A stretch of DNA of 58,233 nucleotides from an uncultured Candidatus Saccharibacteria bacterium (GTDB taxonomy: Bacteria; Patescibacteriota; Minisyncoccia; UBA6257; UBA11618): assembly GCA_964373915.1 (NCBI GenBank), contig CAYJWP010000004.1, positions 1 through 58,233 on the forward strand. Direction: 5' to 3'. Below are positions 49,199 to 58,167 of the stretch, in pieces. Every line of letters starts with the position of its first letter. The stretch's first letter is position 1. Under the pieces are notes generated by a model. It saw only the letters and a list, made by a program, of their open reading frames with translations, had not been told where the DNA came from and did no database searches. Position numbers and translations under genes: made by a program.

Positions 49199-50257
49199 TT
49201 ACAAATATGGCCTTAAAGCCAAAAAAATCGCCTCACCTAACCTCCAATACCATTTTCTGCCTTCTTTTTGAAACACCATCTCTTCGCTATCTTTCTTCCA
49301 ACCATCAAAAATTTCTTTCAAATCTTTAACCATATCTTTCCTCTGAAACATTATTCCGCTCTCTAAGTTGTAATCAAAACTAAATGCGTCAATATTCTGC
49401 GAACCAATCAAGCCCTCCTTGCCATCAACTAAAAAAGCTTTAGCGTGAATCATTGATTCAGTTAGAAAAAAATTCATTCCCGGCCTGTATATCAAAGATA
49501 TTAAAGTATAGTTGGCTAAAGTCGCCAGCCAGTAATCAGTCTTTTTAGGAATAATTAGCTCCACCCTCACGCCCCTTCTCACCGCTCCCCGCAAACATCG
49601 CATCAGCCAAGCCGGTGGCACAAAATAAGGAGTAGCGATTACAATGCTTTTTTTAGCATTTAAACAGGAAATTTTGTAATACTTTCTCAAAACCTCCTTG
49701 TCCGTTAGCGGAGAATGATGAAAAATTTTTATTTTTGACTTACTTAGGACGCCTCTGTATTTAATCTTGTCCTTGCCCCCGCATAGCTCATAAGAAGCGG
49801 CGAAAGAACGAATTATATAACGGACGATAACCCCTCTTAACTCCACGTGCAAATCCAGCCAATTACTGGAACGCTTAGCCACATTTACCCCACCCACAAA
49901 AGCCACCTCCTCATCCACAATCAGCATTTTTTTATGGTTGCGGTTGAACCACCAATGTTTCAGCCGGTAAGGATTCCACCAAGGCAGAAGACGATTGTAA
50001 AACAAAACCTCCGCTCCGGAGTCTTTAAGTTTTTGTATCGCCTCGGAGCTTAGCCAAAAACTTCCCAAACTATCCACTATTATTTTTACCCTTACGCCGG
50101 CTACCGCTTTTTGCTTTAAAGCGCCAAAGAAATTATGGGTATCAGTGTCATCGCTTAAAATATAACTCTCCCAGTAAATTGATTTCTTCGCCCCCTTAAT
50201 GGCCTTTAACATAGCATCCCAAGCGTGGGAAGAAAGAGTAAAAAACCTATAATTCAT
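49199..50257 (-). CDS. Phospholipase D-family protein (cardiolipin-synthase-like, two HKD motifs)
   Basis: HKD motifs NHKKMLIVDEEVAFVGGVN and IHAKAFLVDGKEGLIGSQN. ATG 50257 overlaps the MFS stop (ATGA). The longer track ORF reads into the MFS gene. Confidence 0.8.
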   Translation of the reverse strand: MNYRFFTLSSHAWDAMLKAIKGAKKSIYWESYILSDDTDTHNFFGALKQKAVAGVRVKIIVDSLGSFWLSSEAIQKLKDSGAEVLFYNRLLPWWNPYRLKHWWFNRNHKKMLIVDEEVAFVGGVNVAKRSSNWLDLHVELRGVIVRYIIRSFAASYELCGGKDKIKYRGVLSKSKIKIFHHSPLTDKEVLRKYYKISCLNAKKSIVIATPYFVPPAWLMRCLRGAVRRGVRVELIIPKKTDYWLATLANYTLISLIYRPGMNFFLTESMIHAKAFLVDGKEGLIGSQNIDAFSFDYNLESGIMFQRKDMVKDLKEIFDGWKKDSEEMVFQKEGRKWYWRLGEAIFLALRPYL

Positions 50258-51504
50258 GAACGATAAGCTTTGAAATTTTTTGCCGATACCGAGATAACCG
50301 TCGCCTGGTCTTTTTGATGCCGCACCCTGACTAACACTACCCCAGCCAACAAAATAAACACAGCGCTCAAAACAAAAGGCCATGGCGCCCCAAAAATCTG
50401 CCACACCAAACCGCCAAGAAAATTGCCCAGCAAAGTCGCTAAACCAATAACGGTATAGTAGATGCCGAATCCCTCTCCCCGCCTTTCTTGCGCCACCAGG
50501 TCGGCAACAAATGCTTTAAAAACAGCGTCGGTTAATCCAATAAATAATCCGTATAAAGCAAACAACAACCAAATGGTAATCTGATTAGCCGCAAAGGCAA
50601 ATCCAAGATTGATGGCCGCAAATAAAATAAACGCTGACAATAGAAGAGGTTTGCGCCCGACACGGTCAGAAAGTTTGCCCGCCGGATAGACGCTGACAGC
50701 GTAAAAAATATTATACAAAAGATAAACTACGGGAATTAAAAATATCAGCAAACCGATATCGTCAGCTCTTAAAATATAAAAAGCGTAACTATAATTGGCT
50801 AAACCAAAAAGGGCGGCTGACAGCAAAAAAATTTTGAAACTGGAGGAGAAGGAGCCGAAATCAAAAAGGCGCCTCTTGTCGCTCTCTAAATCCACTCGCC
50901 GCCCCGCCGGAACCTCCTTAATCCCGAATAATAGCAGCAAGCCCAAAAAAGCAGGAATAACTGAAGCGTATAAAATAAAACGGATGCTTGAATAAAGTAA
51001 ATCTTCCAACAAATAAAGAACTGCGATAGCAATAATGGTTCCAGCAACCGCGCCTGCCGTATCTGAAGCTCTGTGAATCCCGAAATATTTTCCTCTTTCT
51101 TTAAAATCAACCGAATCGGCAATTAAGGCGTCTCGTGGGGAAGTCCTGATGCCTTTGCCCATCCGGTCTATAGTCCTGAAAATCAAAACCACCCAAGCGC
51201 TTGTGGCTAAAGCAAAAGAAAGTTTAGCCAGGGCGCTTAAGCTATAACCAGCAAAAGTCAGGCCTTTTCTTTTGTGGATGCGATCGGAAAGATAGCCGGA
51301 AAAATATTTCAGCAGAGAGCCTAATCCCTCGGCCACCCCCTCTATCAGTCCGATAAAAACCAGCGGCGTCCCCAAAACGCTTTTAAGAAAAATCGGCAGG
51401 ATGGGGAAAATCATCTCGGAGCTTACATCTGTAAAAAATGAGGTCAGGGACAGCCACCAAACATTTTTTGTTCTCCGGAAATTTGGCTTATTTTCCATTT
51501 TCAT
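50254..51504 (-). CDS. MFS transporter
   Basis: About 12 TM, with GYLSDRIHKRKG (MFS loop 2-3 motif). Start at MKMENKP/MENKP (51504 or 51498), overlapping the dedA 3' end. Confidence 0.8.
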   Translation of the reverse strand: MKMENKPNFRRTKNVWWLSLTSFFTDVSSEMIFPILPIFLKSVLGTPLVFIGLIEGVAEGLGSLLKYFSGYLSDRIHKRKGLTFAGYSLSALAKLSFALATSAWVVLIFRTIDRMGKGIRTSPRDALIADSVDFKERGKYFGIHRASDTAGAVAGTIIAIAVLYLLEDLLYSSIRFILYASVIPAFLGLLLLFGIKEVPAGRRVDLESDKRRLFDFGSFSSSFKIFLLSAALFGLANYSYAFYILRADDIGLLIFLIPVVYLLYNIFYAVSVYPAGKLSDRVGRKPLLLSAFILFAAINLGFAFAANQITIWLLFALYGLFIGLTDAVFKAFVADLVAQERRGEGFGIYYTVIGLATLLGNFLGGLVWQIFGAPWPFVLSAVFILLAGVVLVRVRHQKDQATVISVSAKNFKAYRS

Positions 51505-52129
51505 TTTTATAAAAAAAGTAGAAGGCGATGGCCACCACCGCAACAATCAAAAATATGGTTCCGTATTTTTCCCATTGCAGCAGCCGGCCGCCAAAAATAT
51601 CATAAGCGCCTCCCAACTCCCATCCCGCCATACCTAAAATAGCAATTCGCACCGCTGAACCTAAGAAGGTGTAGAAGCCGAAAGTTTTCCAAGAAAGCCG
51701 TATTAAACCGCAGAACGCCGACACTATAGTGATAGACCAAAAAGGCAAGGCGCGTAAAACAAAAATAGCTATTTCATCCTTGGCGCCGGCAGAAAATTTC
51801 TTTTCTATCTTTTCCACCTCTGCCCAAGAAATTCCCAGATAACGGCCATATCTATCAAGAAAAGCTTTACCGCCCCAATAAAAAATACCGTAAATGAAAA
51901 AAGAACCGACTGTTATCCCCAGCGCCCCCCAGAAACTTAATTTCCACAAAACCGAGGCCAGCGCCGCCCAAAAACTCAAACTATGGTCTATCAGAAAAAA
52001 ACCCGTGGCCAGGAACATTAAGCTAGAGGGGATAATAAACAAAACCTCCTCTAGAACCCCCAATAAAAAAACAGCTATTATGCCATAATTTGCCAACCAG
52101 GCCTCAATTAACGAAAGTAAGTTCTCCAT
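51488..52129 (-). CDS. DedA-family membrane protein
   Basis: 213 aa with GVLEEVLFIIPSSLMFLATGF and a SNARE-associated/DedA-type topology. Confidence 0.8.
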   Translation of the reverse strand: MENLLSLIEAWLANYGIIAVFLLGVLEEVLFIIPSSLMFLATGFFLIDHSLSFWAALASVLWKLSFWGALGITVGSFFIYGIFYWGGKAFLDRYGRYLGISWAEVEKIEKKFSAGAKDEIAIFVLRALPFWSITIVSAFCGLIRLSWKTFGFYTFLGSAVRIAILGMAGWELGGAYDIFGGRLLQWEKYGTIFLIVAVVAIAFYFFYKNENGK

Positions 52130-54705
52130 AAATATTTCCTTATTTCTTCAGCGATAATAATGAAAGAAGAGATTATAATCGCTAACAGCCAGTCAAATAA
52201 TGTTAAGGGCACTGTTCTAAAAAGCACCTGTAAAGGATGCCAATAAATCACCATTATTTGCAAACTTATAACAATAAAAGTTGCTAAAAATAAAAATTTA
52301 TTAGAAAGCCAATTTATCTTAAAAACAGACTGGTCTTGAGAACGGACATTCCAAGCGTTAAACCATTGCATAATCGCTAGAGTTGTTAAAGACATCGTTA
52401 ATGCTTTAGGCAAGTCGGTTCTAAAATACCAGTTAAAAACCCAGACAGAGCCCACCATCATCACCAAACTCATAATTATCGCCCTTTCAACCATCAGCCG
52501 GTCTATTAAAAACTTTTTAGGCCTCTCAAAACCGCCTCGTAAAAGATTTTTATCTTTTGGCTCCCAAGCAAAAGCCGCTGTTAAAAAGCCATCGGTAATA
52601 AAATTAAGCCAGATAATCTGTGAGGGAAGTAATAACAAAGGCCAACCCAAAAAAATAGAGGCGCTGATAGCCAGCACTTCCCCGGCGCTAGTGGAAAAAA
52701 GATATAAAATCGCCTTTTTTATAGTCCGATAAATAGCCCTTCCCTCTTCCACCGCCGCCGTAATCGTTCCAAAATTATCATCAAGTAAAACAATATCGCT
52801 AGCCTCCCGCGCCACTGGCGTGCCGATGATACCCATAGTCACTCCCAAATCAGCCGCCACTAAAGAGGGAGCGTCATTAACTCCATCCCCTGTCATAGCC
52901 ACAATTTCTTTGCGCCGCCGGTAGGCCTCAATAATTCTTACTTTGTGGTTCGGGATAACACGAGCAAAAACACTTACCTTATCTAACAAACTATCTAATC
53001 TCCTGTTGCTCGTTTCCGACAAGTCTTCACCTGTTAAAATCAAATCTCCCTTAGTAAATATGCCGGCTTTTTTAGCAACCGCTATAGCAGTTTCTTTGTG
53101 GTCGCCCGTTATCATTACCACTTTCATCCCCGCCCTCATCACTTTCTTAACAGCCGCCGGCACCTCACTGCGCATCTCATCCTCAATGCCGTAAAAACCG
53201 GCAAAGGCTAATTTTTTAAGCCCATGCTCGCCGTAAGCAAAAGCGATAACTCGCAAGCCCTCCCTTGCCATTTCTTCAAGCTTCTTACCAATATCTTTTT
53301 TGGCCCTGTTACTCATAACCAGCTCTTTACCCCCAAACCATATCCGGTTACACATAGATATCACTCTTTCGGGAGCGCCCGTCACCGTAATAAATTTTTT
53401 TCCAGAAACAAGGTGAGAAACAAGACGGTATTTCTTTTTATAATCAAACGGTTTATCAAAAATAATGGGGTTATTTTTTTCCATTTCTTTTTTCTTCATC
53501 CCCATCCTTTCGGCTAAAATTAACATAGCCGCCTCGGTAGGATCGCCTATGACACGATCTTTAATAATTCGGGCATCAGCGCTATAAACGGCTATCTTCC
53601 CCGCTAAAAGAAGTTCCGGGCTATCTTTGATGTTAATCTTCTTTTTCCCGCTTTTAGCATCAAATAATTTACCGCCTATAAAAATCTTGGTCACTGCCAT
53701 CTGATTGCGGGTAATGGTACCGGTTTTATCAACAGCGATTACTCTCGCCTGCCCCAAAGCCTCCACCGCCTGCAGTCTTTTAACCAACGCTTTACGCTTG
53801 GCCATTCTCATCACGCCAAAAGCTAAAATCAGAGTTGTGACCACCGGCAATCCTTCTGGAATAATAGAAACGGAAACAGAAACCACCGTCAAAAACATGG
53901 TTTTCAAATTAATTCCACGCCAAATACCAAAAACAAAAAGCAGTGATGAAATAACAGAAACAGCCGCGATTATAGAATAAGATAAGTAACGAATATTAGC
54001 CCTAAAAGGAATCTCCGCCTCCTGGCCGATAATCGTTTGGCTGATTTTACCTATCTCTGTCTTTAATCCGGTTTCAACTACAATGGCTCTCGCCGAACCG
54101 CTAATCACGCTCGTGCCTCTAAAAATCATATTTTTCTGCTCAGTAATAGCCAATTTATTCCTCCTTAAAATAGAATCTGTTTTCAAAACCGCCGCAGACT
54201 CCCCAGTTAATGAAGCCTCATTAACTATTAAGTTGTTTACATTAATAACTCTGCAATCAGCTGGCACCTTATCTCCTTCACGAATCAACACAACATCACC
54301 GGGTACCAGTCTTGTATCCCTGATAAAAACCTCCGCGCCATCACGCAAAGCTGTCACATAAGTTTCCACAAAATCTTTTAAGGCTCGCAGGGTGTTTCTT
54401 GCCTTACCCTCTTGGATAGTCCCGATAATGGCATTAAATACCAAAACAAAAATAATAATAAAGCCATCTATGTATTCACCCAGTAAAAAAACCACTATTG
54501 CCGCCACCAATAGCACGTATATAAGAGAACTTCTAAATTGCCGAAAAAAAATAACCGCCCAGCTGTCTATCTCGGCTTCGGGCAATTCGTTGGCGCCAAA
54601 CCGCTTAAATCTCTTTTCCGCCTCAACAGAAGCCAGTCCATTTTTACTAGTTTCTACTTTTTTAAAGACTTCCTCTAAGGAAAGATTGTGCCATTGGAAG
54701 GCCAT
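52108..54705 (-). CDS. P-type ATPase, cation-transporting (P2, Ca2+/Mg2+-type)
   Basis: Contains TGES, DKTGTIT, MITGDH and MTGDGVNDAPSL, with 10 TM helices. Confidence 0.9.
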   Translation of the reverse strand: MAFQWHNLSLEEVFKKVETSKNGLASVEAEKRFKRFGANELPEAEIDSWAVIFFRQFRSSLIYVLLVAAIVVFLLGEYIDGFIIIFVLVFNAIIGTIQEGKARNTLRALKDFVETYVTALRDGAEVFIRDTRLVPGDVVLIREGDKVPADCRVINVNNLIVNEASLTGESAAVLKTDSILRRNKLAITEQKNMIFRGTSVISGSARAIVVETGLKTEIGKISQTIIGQEAEIPFRANIRYLSYSIIAAVSVISSLLFVFGIWRGINLKTMFLTVVSVSVSIIPEGLPVVTTLILAFGVMRMAKRKALVKRLQAVEALGQARVIAVDKTGTITRNQMAVTKIFIGGKLFDAKSGKKKINIKDSPELLLAGKIAVYSADARIIKDRVIGDPTEAAMLILAERMGMKKKEMEKNNPIIFDKPFDYKKKYRLVSHLVSGKKFITVTGAPERVISMCNRIWFGGKELVMSNRAKKDIGKKLEEMAREGLRVIAFAYGEHGLKKLAFAGFYGIEDEMRSEVPAAVKKVMRAGMKVVMITGDHKETAIAVAKKAGIFTKGDLILTGEDLSETSNRRLDSLLDKVSVFARVIPNHKVRIIEAYRRRKEIVAMTGDGVNDAPSLVAADLGVTMGIIGTPVAREASDIVLLDDNFGTITAAVEEGRAIYRTIKKAILYLFSTSAGEVLAISASIFLGWPLLLLPSQIIWLNFITDGFLTAAFAWEPKDKNLLRGGFERPKKFLIDRLMVERAIIMSLVMMVGSVWVFNWYFRTDLPKALTMSLTTLAIMQWFNAWNVRSQDQSVFKINWLSNKFLFLATFIVISLQIMVIYWHPLQVLFRTVPLTLFDWLLAIIISSFIIIAEEIRKYLWRTYFR

Positions 54706-55367
54706 CCCTTAAATAATAACACATCATCCGGTATGGCGATGGGATGCCAAAAATCAGCTTTTTCCACGAAAATTCTTCTTTCTTCAGCCATTTTATTAAC
54801 TATTCTAGGCAGGTAAAATTCTCCATTAAGAGCCGGCTCGGCGCTGTAATTAAAAACATCGCTATCCAAAGCCATTACTCCGGTGCTCACTAAATTAGAA
54901 AGAGGATTTTTTGGTTTTTCATCAATTGCCTTTAAAGTGCTATCGCTATTGAGAACTATTACGCCAAATCTTTCCGGATTTTCCCTCTCCGCCGCCAGCA
55001 GACACAAATCATGCTTCAGACAATTTTTAATGCCCTCCCCACCATGTAAATCATCCGCGCACATTACTAAAAATTTTTCATTCTGCAACGCTTTCCGGCA
55101 AAGTTTCAAGGCGTGGCCCGTCCCCAGCTGGTCTTTTTGCCAAACGTAACTTATTTTGCGGCCGCAAAAATTATCTCCGCAAAATTTTTTTATCTGCTCT
55201 CCCAAATAACCGACAACCAAAATCAGCTCATTAATTTCCGGCGGCAGAGAGATGATAGTATGTTCCAGAAGAGTTTTGCCGGCCAACTTAACCAGCGCCT
55301 TGGGCCTGTCCGCAGTCAAAGGCATCATTCTCTCGCCCCTGCCAGCAGCCAGAATAACGCATTTCAT
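54675..55367 (-). CDS. Sugar-phosphate nucleotidyltransferase
   Basis: MKCVILAAGRGERMMPLTADRPKALVKLAGKTLLEH (G-x-G-x-R signature) and LGTGHAL. Start at ATG 55367 rather than the track's 55586. Confidence 0.8.
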   Translation of the reverse strand: MKCVILAAGRGERMMPLTADRPKALVKLAGKTLLEHTIISLPPEINELILVVGYLGEQIKKFCGDNFCGRKISYVWQKDQLGTGHALKLCRKALQNEKFLVMCADDLHGGEGIKNCLKHDLCLLAAERENPERFGVIVLNSDSTLKAIDEKPKNPLSNLVSTGVMALDSDVFNYSAEPALNGEFYLPRIVNKMAEERRIFVEKADFWHPIAIPDDVLLFKGWPSNGTIFP

Positions 55368-55442
55368 CTTTTTATTTTGACAAAAAGTGTAACTATTGTT
55401 AAGTTGTTGGCGGTTCTTTGACCAACAAATAAGGAGACCGTT

Positions 55443-56045
55443 GTGCCCTACATTGAACAGAAAGATAGGACTGAGGAACTGAACGCTCTTATCAGTAAGA
55501 CGGCTCAATTTCTTGGAGAGATGCCCTTGCGCAACTCGTTCGGCTTGGAATTTTTTGCCATCACTCTGGCACGCAAGGTAGTTCATAGCCTTTTCGGCAA
55601 ATTCAACTACGGCAAGATAGCAATTGTCAGCGGCGTTTTCTTGAATGTCGCCAGCGAATTAAGAGAACGCCTTGTTTTCTGTCCACAAGGAAATAAGCAA
55701 TTTTTTTGGCACAAAAATTGCATTAATAACAAATACTCACGGTCTCTGCAGGAATTAGCTAAAGAAATCGCCTCGGTTATTTCTTCTCTGGCTAAGCAGA
55801 ACGGCAAGGAAGACGCCTTTGCCGGCATCCTCAACTACACTCTGACATCGGTCGCCCTTGAAACTATGGAACTAGGAAGCGGGGACCGAATTACCTTGGA
55901 AATGGTTGATAAGTTTGCTAACGAATTCGAAAAAATCTACAAGTTTTTTTACAAAGACATCGCTGTCCCTTATGAAAGGGATAAAACCAGAGAAAACGGC
56001 GACTTGCCCCTCTATGAAAAATATGCCATCGTCACCCGCCCCTGA
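55443..56045 (+). CDS. Hypothetical protein (200 aa)
   Basis: AAGGAG-N5-GTG start, and its own terminator. I cannot assign a family with confidence. Confidence 0.55.
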   Translation: MPYIEQKDRTEELNALISKTAQFLGEMPLRNSFGLEFFAITLARKVVHSLFGKFNYGKIAIVSGVFLNVASELRERLVFCPQGNKQFFWHKNCINNKYSRSLQELAKEIASVISSLAKQNGKEDAFAGILNYTLTSVALETMELGSGDRITLEMVDKFANEFEKIYKFFYKDIAVPYERDKTRENGDLPLYEKYAIVTRP

Positions 56046-56056
56046 GCGGGTTTTTT
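56034..56056 (+). terminator. Intrinsic terminator
   Basis: ACCCGC-cccTGA-GCGGGT followed by TTTTTT. The TGA stop codon sits in the loop. Confidence 0.7.
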
Positions 56057-56097
56057 ATTTTGATTTTAGTTGCTTTTATGATAAAATACTTGTGATT

Positions 56098-56168
56098 CGG
56101 GCCGTAGTGTAATGGCAGCACGAGTCTTTTGGGAAGATTTAGTCCGAGTTCAAGTCTCGGCGGCCCGA
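56098..56168 (+). tRNA. tRNA-Pro (anticodon TGG)
   Basis: Hand-folded cloverleaf. Acceptor CGGGCCG/CGGCCCG, D stem GTGT/GCAC, anticodon stem AGTCT/AGATT with loop TTTGGGA, T arm CCGAG-TTCAAGT-CTCGG. No encoded CCA. Confidence 0.9.
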
Positions 56169-56180
56169 CCCGAATTGAGA

Positions 56181-56252
56181 GCCCTCGTAGCTCAATGGAT
56201 AGAGTAGCGGTCTTCTAAGCCGTAGATGTAGGTTCGATTCCTACCGAGGGCG
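56181..56252 (+). tRNA. tRNA-Arg (anticodon TCT)
   Basis: Acceptor GCCCTCG/CGAGGGC, anticodon loop CTTCTAA, T arm GTAGG-TTCGATT-CCTAC. The anticodon stem has two G-U pairs. Confidence 0.85.
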
Positions 56253-56295
56253 CCCGAACCGCCGGCACCGACAGGGGTTGCAGGAGCTTAGTTGT

Positions 56296-56324
56296 TTGCA
56301 AAAAAGCTTGTTTTTCAGTATAAT
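56296..56324 (+). promoter_or_regulatory. Internal promoter within the tRNA cluster
   Basis: TTGCAA-N17-TATAAT, 21 nt upstream of tRNA-Phe. Confidence 0.55.
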
Positions 56325-56345
56325 AACTTGGTAAAATTGAACTAT

Positions 56346-56417
56346 GCCGAGGTAGCTCAGTGGTAGAGCGCAGCCCTGAAGAGGCTGGCGTCGGCAGTTC
56401 GATTCTGCCCCTCGGCA
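56346..56417 (+). tRNA. tRNA-Phe (anticodon GAA)
   Basis: Acceptor GCCGAGG/CCTCGGC, D arm GCTC-AGTGGTA-GAGC, anticodon loop CTGAAGA, T arm GGCAG-TTCGATT-CTGCC. Confidence 0.9.
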
Positions 56418-56477
56418 CACTTCGACAAGCTCAATGAAAGCAATTAGAGTGCGAGTAATTTGTCGAGAAAAATATAT

Positions 56478-56549
56478 GGTGCCCGTAGCTTAGTGGTAAA
56501 GCTCCGCTCTGTGGCAGCGGCGACGCGGGTTCGATCCCCGTCGGGCACC
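56478..56549 (+). tRNA. tRNA-His (anticodon GTG) with encoded G-1
   Basis: G(-1) plus acceptor GTGCCCG/CGGGCAC and C73. Anticodon stem CCGCT/AGCGG with loop CTGTGGC. T loop TTCGATC. Confidence 0.9.
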
Positions 56550-56562
56550 CAATAAAATTTTA

Positions 56563-56904
56563 ATGAAACTAAACCTCAAAAACTTCTCCCAAAACCCCAC
56601 AGTTTTCATGAGATCTCTCGGTTATGCTTTTGACAGAAATGTCGGGGAAGAAATGAGTTTTATGCGCCGCCTCTCCGGCCAAGACTACCCCCGCTTCCAC
56701 GCCTATATCAGCAAGAACGGCAATGACTTAATAATCAATCTCCATTTAGACCAAAAAAAGCCGAGCTACCCGCCAGCTGACGGAGGGCTCGACTACCACT
56801 CTCATAGTGGAGAGTATGAGGGGAGTTTGATTGAGGAAGAAATAATAAGAATCAATAAAAACTCCTCGCCTAAGCGAGGGGTTTTTATTGATTTTATACT
56901 TTAA
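56563..56904 (+). CDS. Hypothetical protein (113 aa)
   Basis: ORF track. Contains YPRFHAYI, LHLDQKKPSY and HSHSGEYEG. I do not recognise a function. Confidence 0.55.
   Translation: MKLNLKNFSQNPTVFMRSLGYAFDRNVGEEMSFMRRLSGQDYPRFHAYISKNGNDLIINLHLDQKKPSYPPADGGLDYHSHSGEYEGSLIEEEIIRINKNSSPKRGVFIDFIL
56862..56886. terminator. Bidirectional-looking terminator hairpin lying inside the last 14 codons of ORF 56563..56904
   Basis: CTCCTCGC-CTAA-GCGAGGGG, with TTTTT on the plus strand and TTTTTATT on the minus strand. It serves the convergent gene 56907..57440. Confidence 0.55.
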
Positions 56905-56906
56905 TT

Positions 56907-57440
56907 TTAATCGTAACAAGCATCATCCCCTTTAAGTAACCTTCTAGGATCCCAATCACAAGAGTAAGGGGGACCTGCATTTGCCTTGCACTCCTCAAAT
57001 GTATCAAACTCACCACAAGGATTAAAAGGCTCTACAACCGTCGGATCAGGACACCCCTCATCCGGCAAATCAAGGCTAAAAAGACCTACCGGCCCACTAA
57101 CCCTCTGCCCTCCAAGAGGAGCCGTCCTGCCAGGAAAACCGGTAGGGCATCTGTATCTACACTCATTATCCAAAGGAGGTCCATCCCACTCCCACGTCCC
57201 ATCCCAGCCTTTAATTTTTCTTAATTGTTCCACACATTCTTCATCTGAATCCGCCATTATTGTAGGACACTCTTCCCCAAAAGCAAAACTATCCCCATAA
57301 TCATAACTAACCCCTCCTTTGTATCCTTTAAAAGTCCCCGAAGAGGAAGCTAGTAAAATCAACCCGACGACTATTACCCCAAACACGACCCAAAATAAAG
57401 CTTGGTTGGTCGCGGCTCCTTTTTTGTAAATCTTTCCCAT
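56907..57440 (-). CDS. Membrane-anchored/secreted cysteine-rich acidic protein
   Basis: N-terminal TM helix. 9 Cys in the ectodomain, mostly in acid-Cys contexts (EEC x3, NEC, EGC, DAC). Confidence 0.55.
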   Translation of the reverse strand: MGKIYKKGAATNQALFWVVFGVIVVGLILLASSSGTFKGYKGGVSYDYGDSFAFGEECPTIMADSDEECVEQLRKIKGWDGTWEWDGPPLDNECRYRCPTGFPGRTAPLGGQRVSGPVGLFSLDLPDEGCPDPTVVEPFNPCGEFDTFEECKANAGPPYSCDWDPRRLLKGDDACYD

Positions 57441-57482
57441 AGTGAATTTATTTTAACACCAGCTTAATGCAATGCAATAGGG

Positions 57483-58097
57483 TCAATTATCCACAGCTTT
57501 TAAAATTTTGTCAAACATTTCCATTGTAGAATTAAACTTCTGATTAAGATTATTAATCGCCTTAATCTCGCTATTAATGGAAGCTAACAGTTTCTTTGTT
57601 AAATCATCGTTACTGGCCAGCCTTCCTCTAAATTTATTTCCCAGCAACTCAAAGAGCTGATTCAAAAGATCGTGGTAGTTGATTAGCCGATTAACCAAAC
57701 TCACCTCATAGCCCACCGCCTCGGTTGCAAGTTCTCTTGCCTTAGCCGGCTCAATCTGGGGCAGAAAAGCCGCCATCGTCCCCAGATAACTAGAAAGCAC
57801 GATCGCCTCTTGCCGCGCCTGCTTATTCCTCTCCAGCTCCTTTTCCACCAGCTCCAGCGCCGACTCATAATTTTTCTTTTCATCATACTGGCCGATTTGT
57901 TCCAAACCGGCTAAAGCCTGGTGGGAGAAAAAAACTATTCTCTCGGCTGTCCTGGCCCCCTCTTTTCTAGCTTCAATAAAATCAACCGGCAGATTTTTAG
58001 CCTCGGCGCGCCAGCTTCTAAAGATGAAAAAAGCCGCCGCAACCACAGCGGCCGCTCCCAAAGCAGCTAGGATTAGCTGTTGCTGACGCCTGCTCAT
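57483..58097 (-). CDS. Membrane-anchored helical (coiled-coil-like) protein, unknown function
   Basis: N-terminal TM helix LILAALGAAAVVAAAFFIF. The remainder is predicted helical. Confidence 0.5.
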   Translation of the reverse strand: MSRRQQQLILAALGAAAVVAAAFFIFRSWRAEAKNLPVDFIEARKEGARTAERIVFFSHQALAGLEQIGQYDEKKNYESALELVEKELERNKQARQEAIVLSSYLGTMAAFLPQIEPAKARELATEAVGYEVSLVNRLINYHDLLNQLFELLGNKFRGRLASNDDLTKKLLASINSEIKAINNLNQKFNSTMEMFDKILKAVDN

Positions 58098-58167
58098 TAA
58101 ACATCTTATTATCGCTTAAATCTTGGCAAAAATCAATATAAGTTGTATTAATTTAGATGTCTTTACA

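Noticed and set aside
56215-56418. 67-aa minus-strand ORF
   Set aside because: It lies antisense across tRNA-Arg and tRNA-Phe, which fold into canonical cloverleaves.
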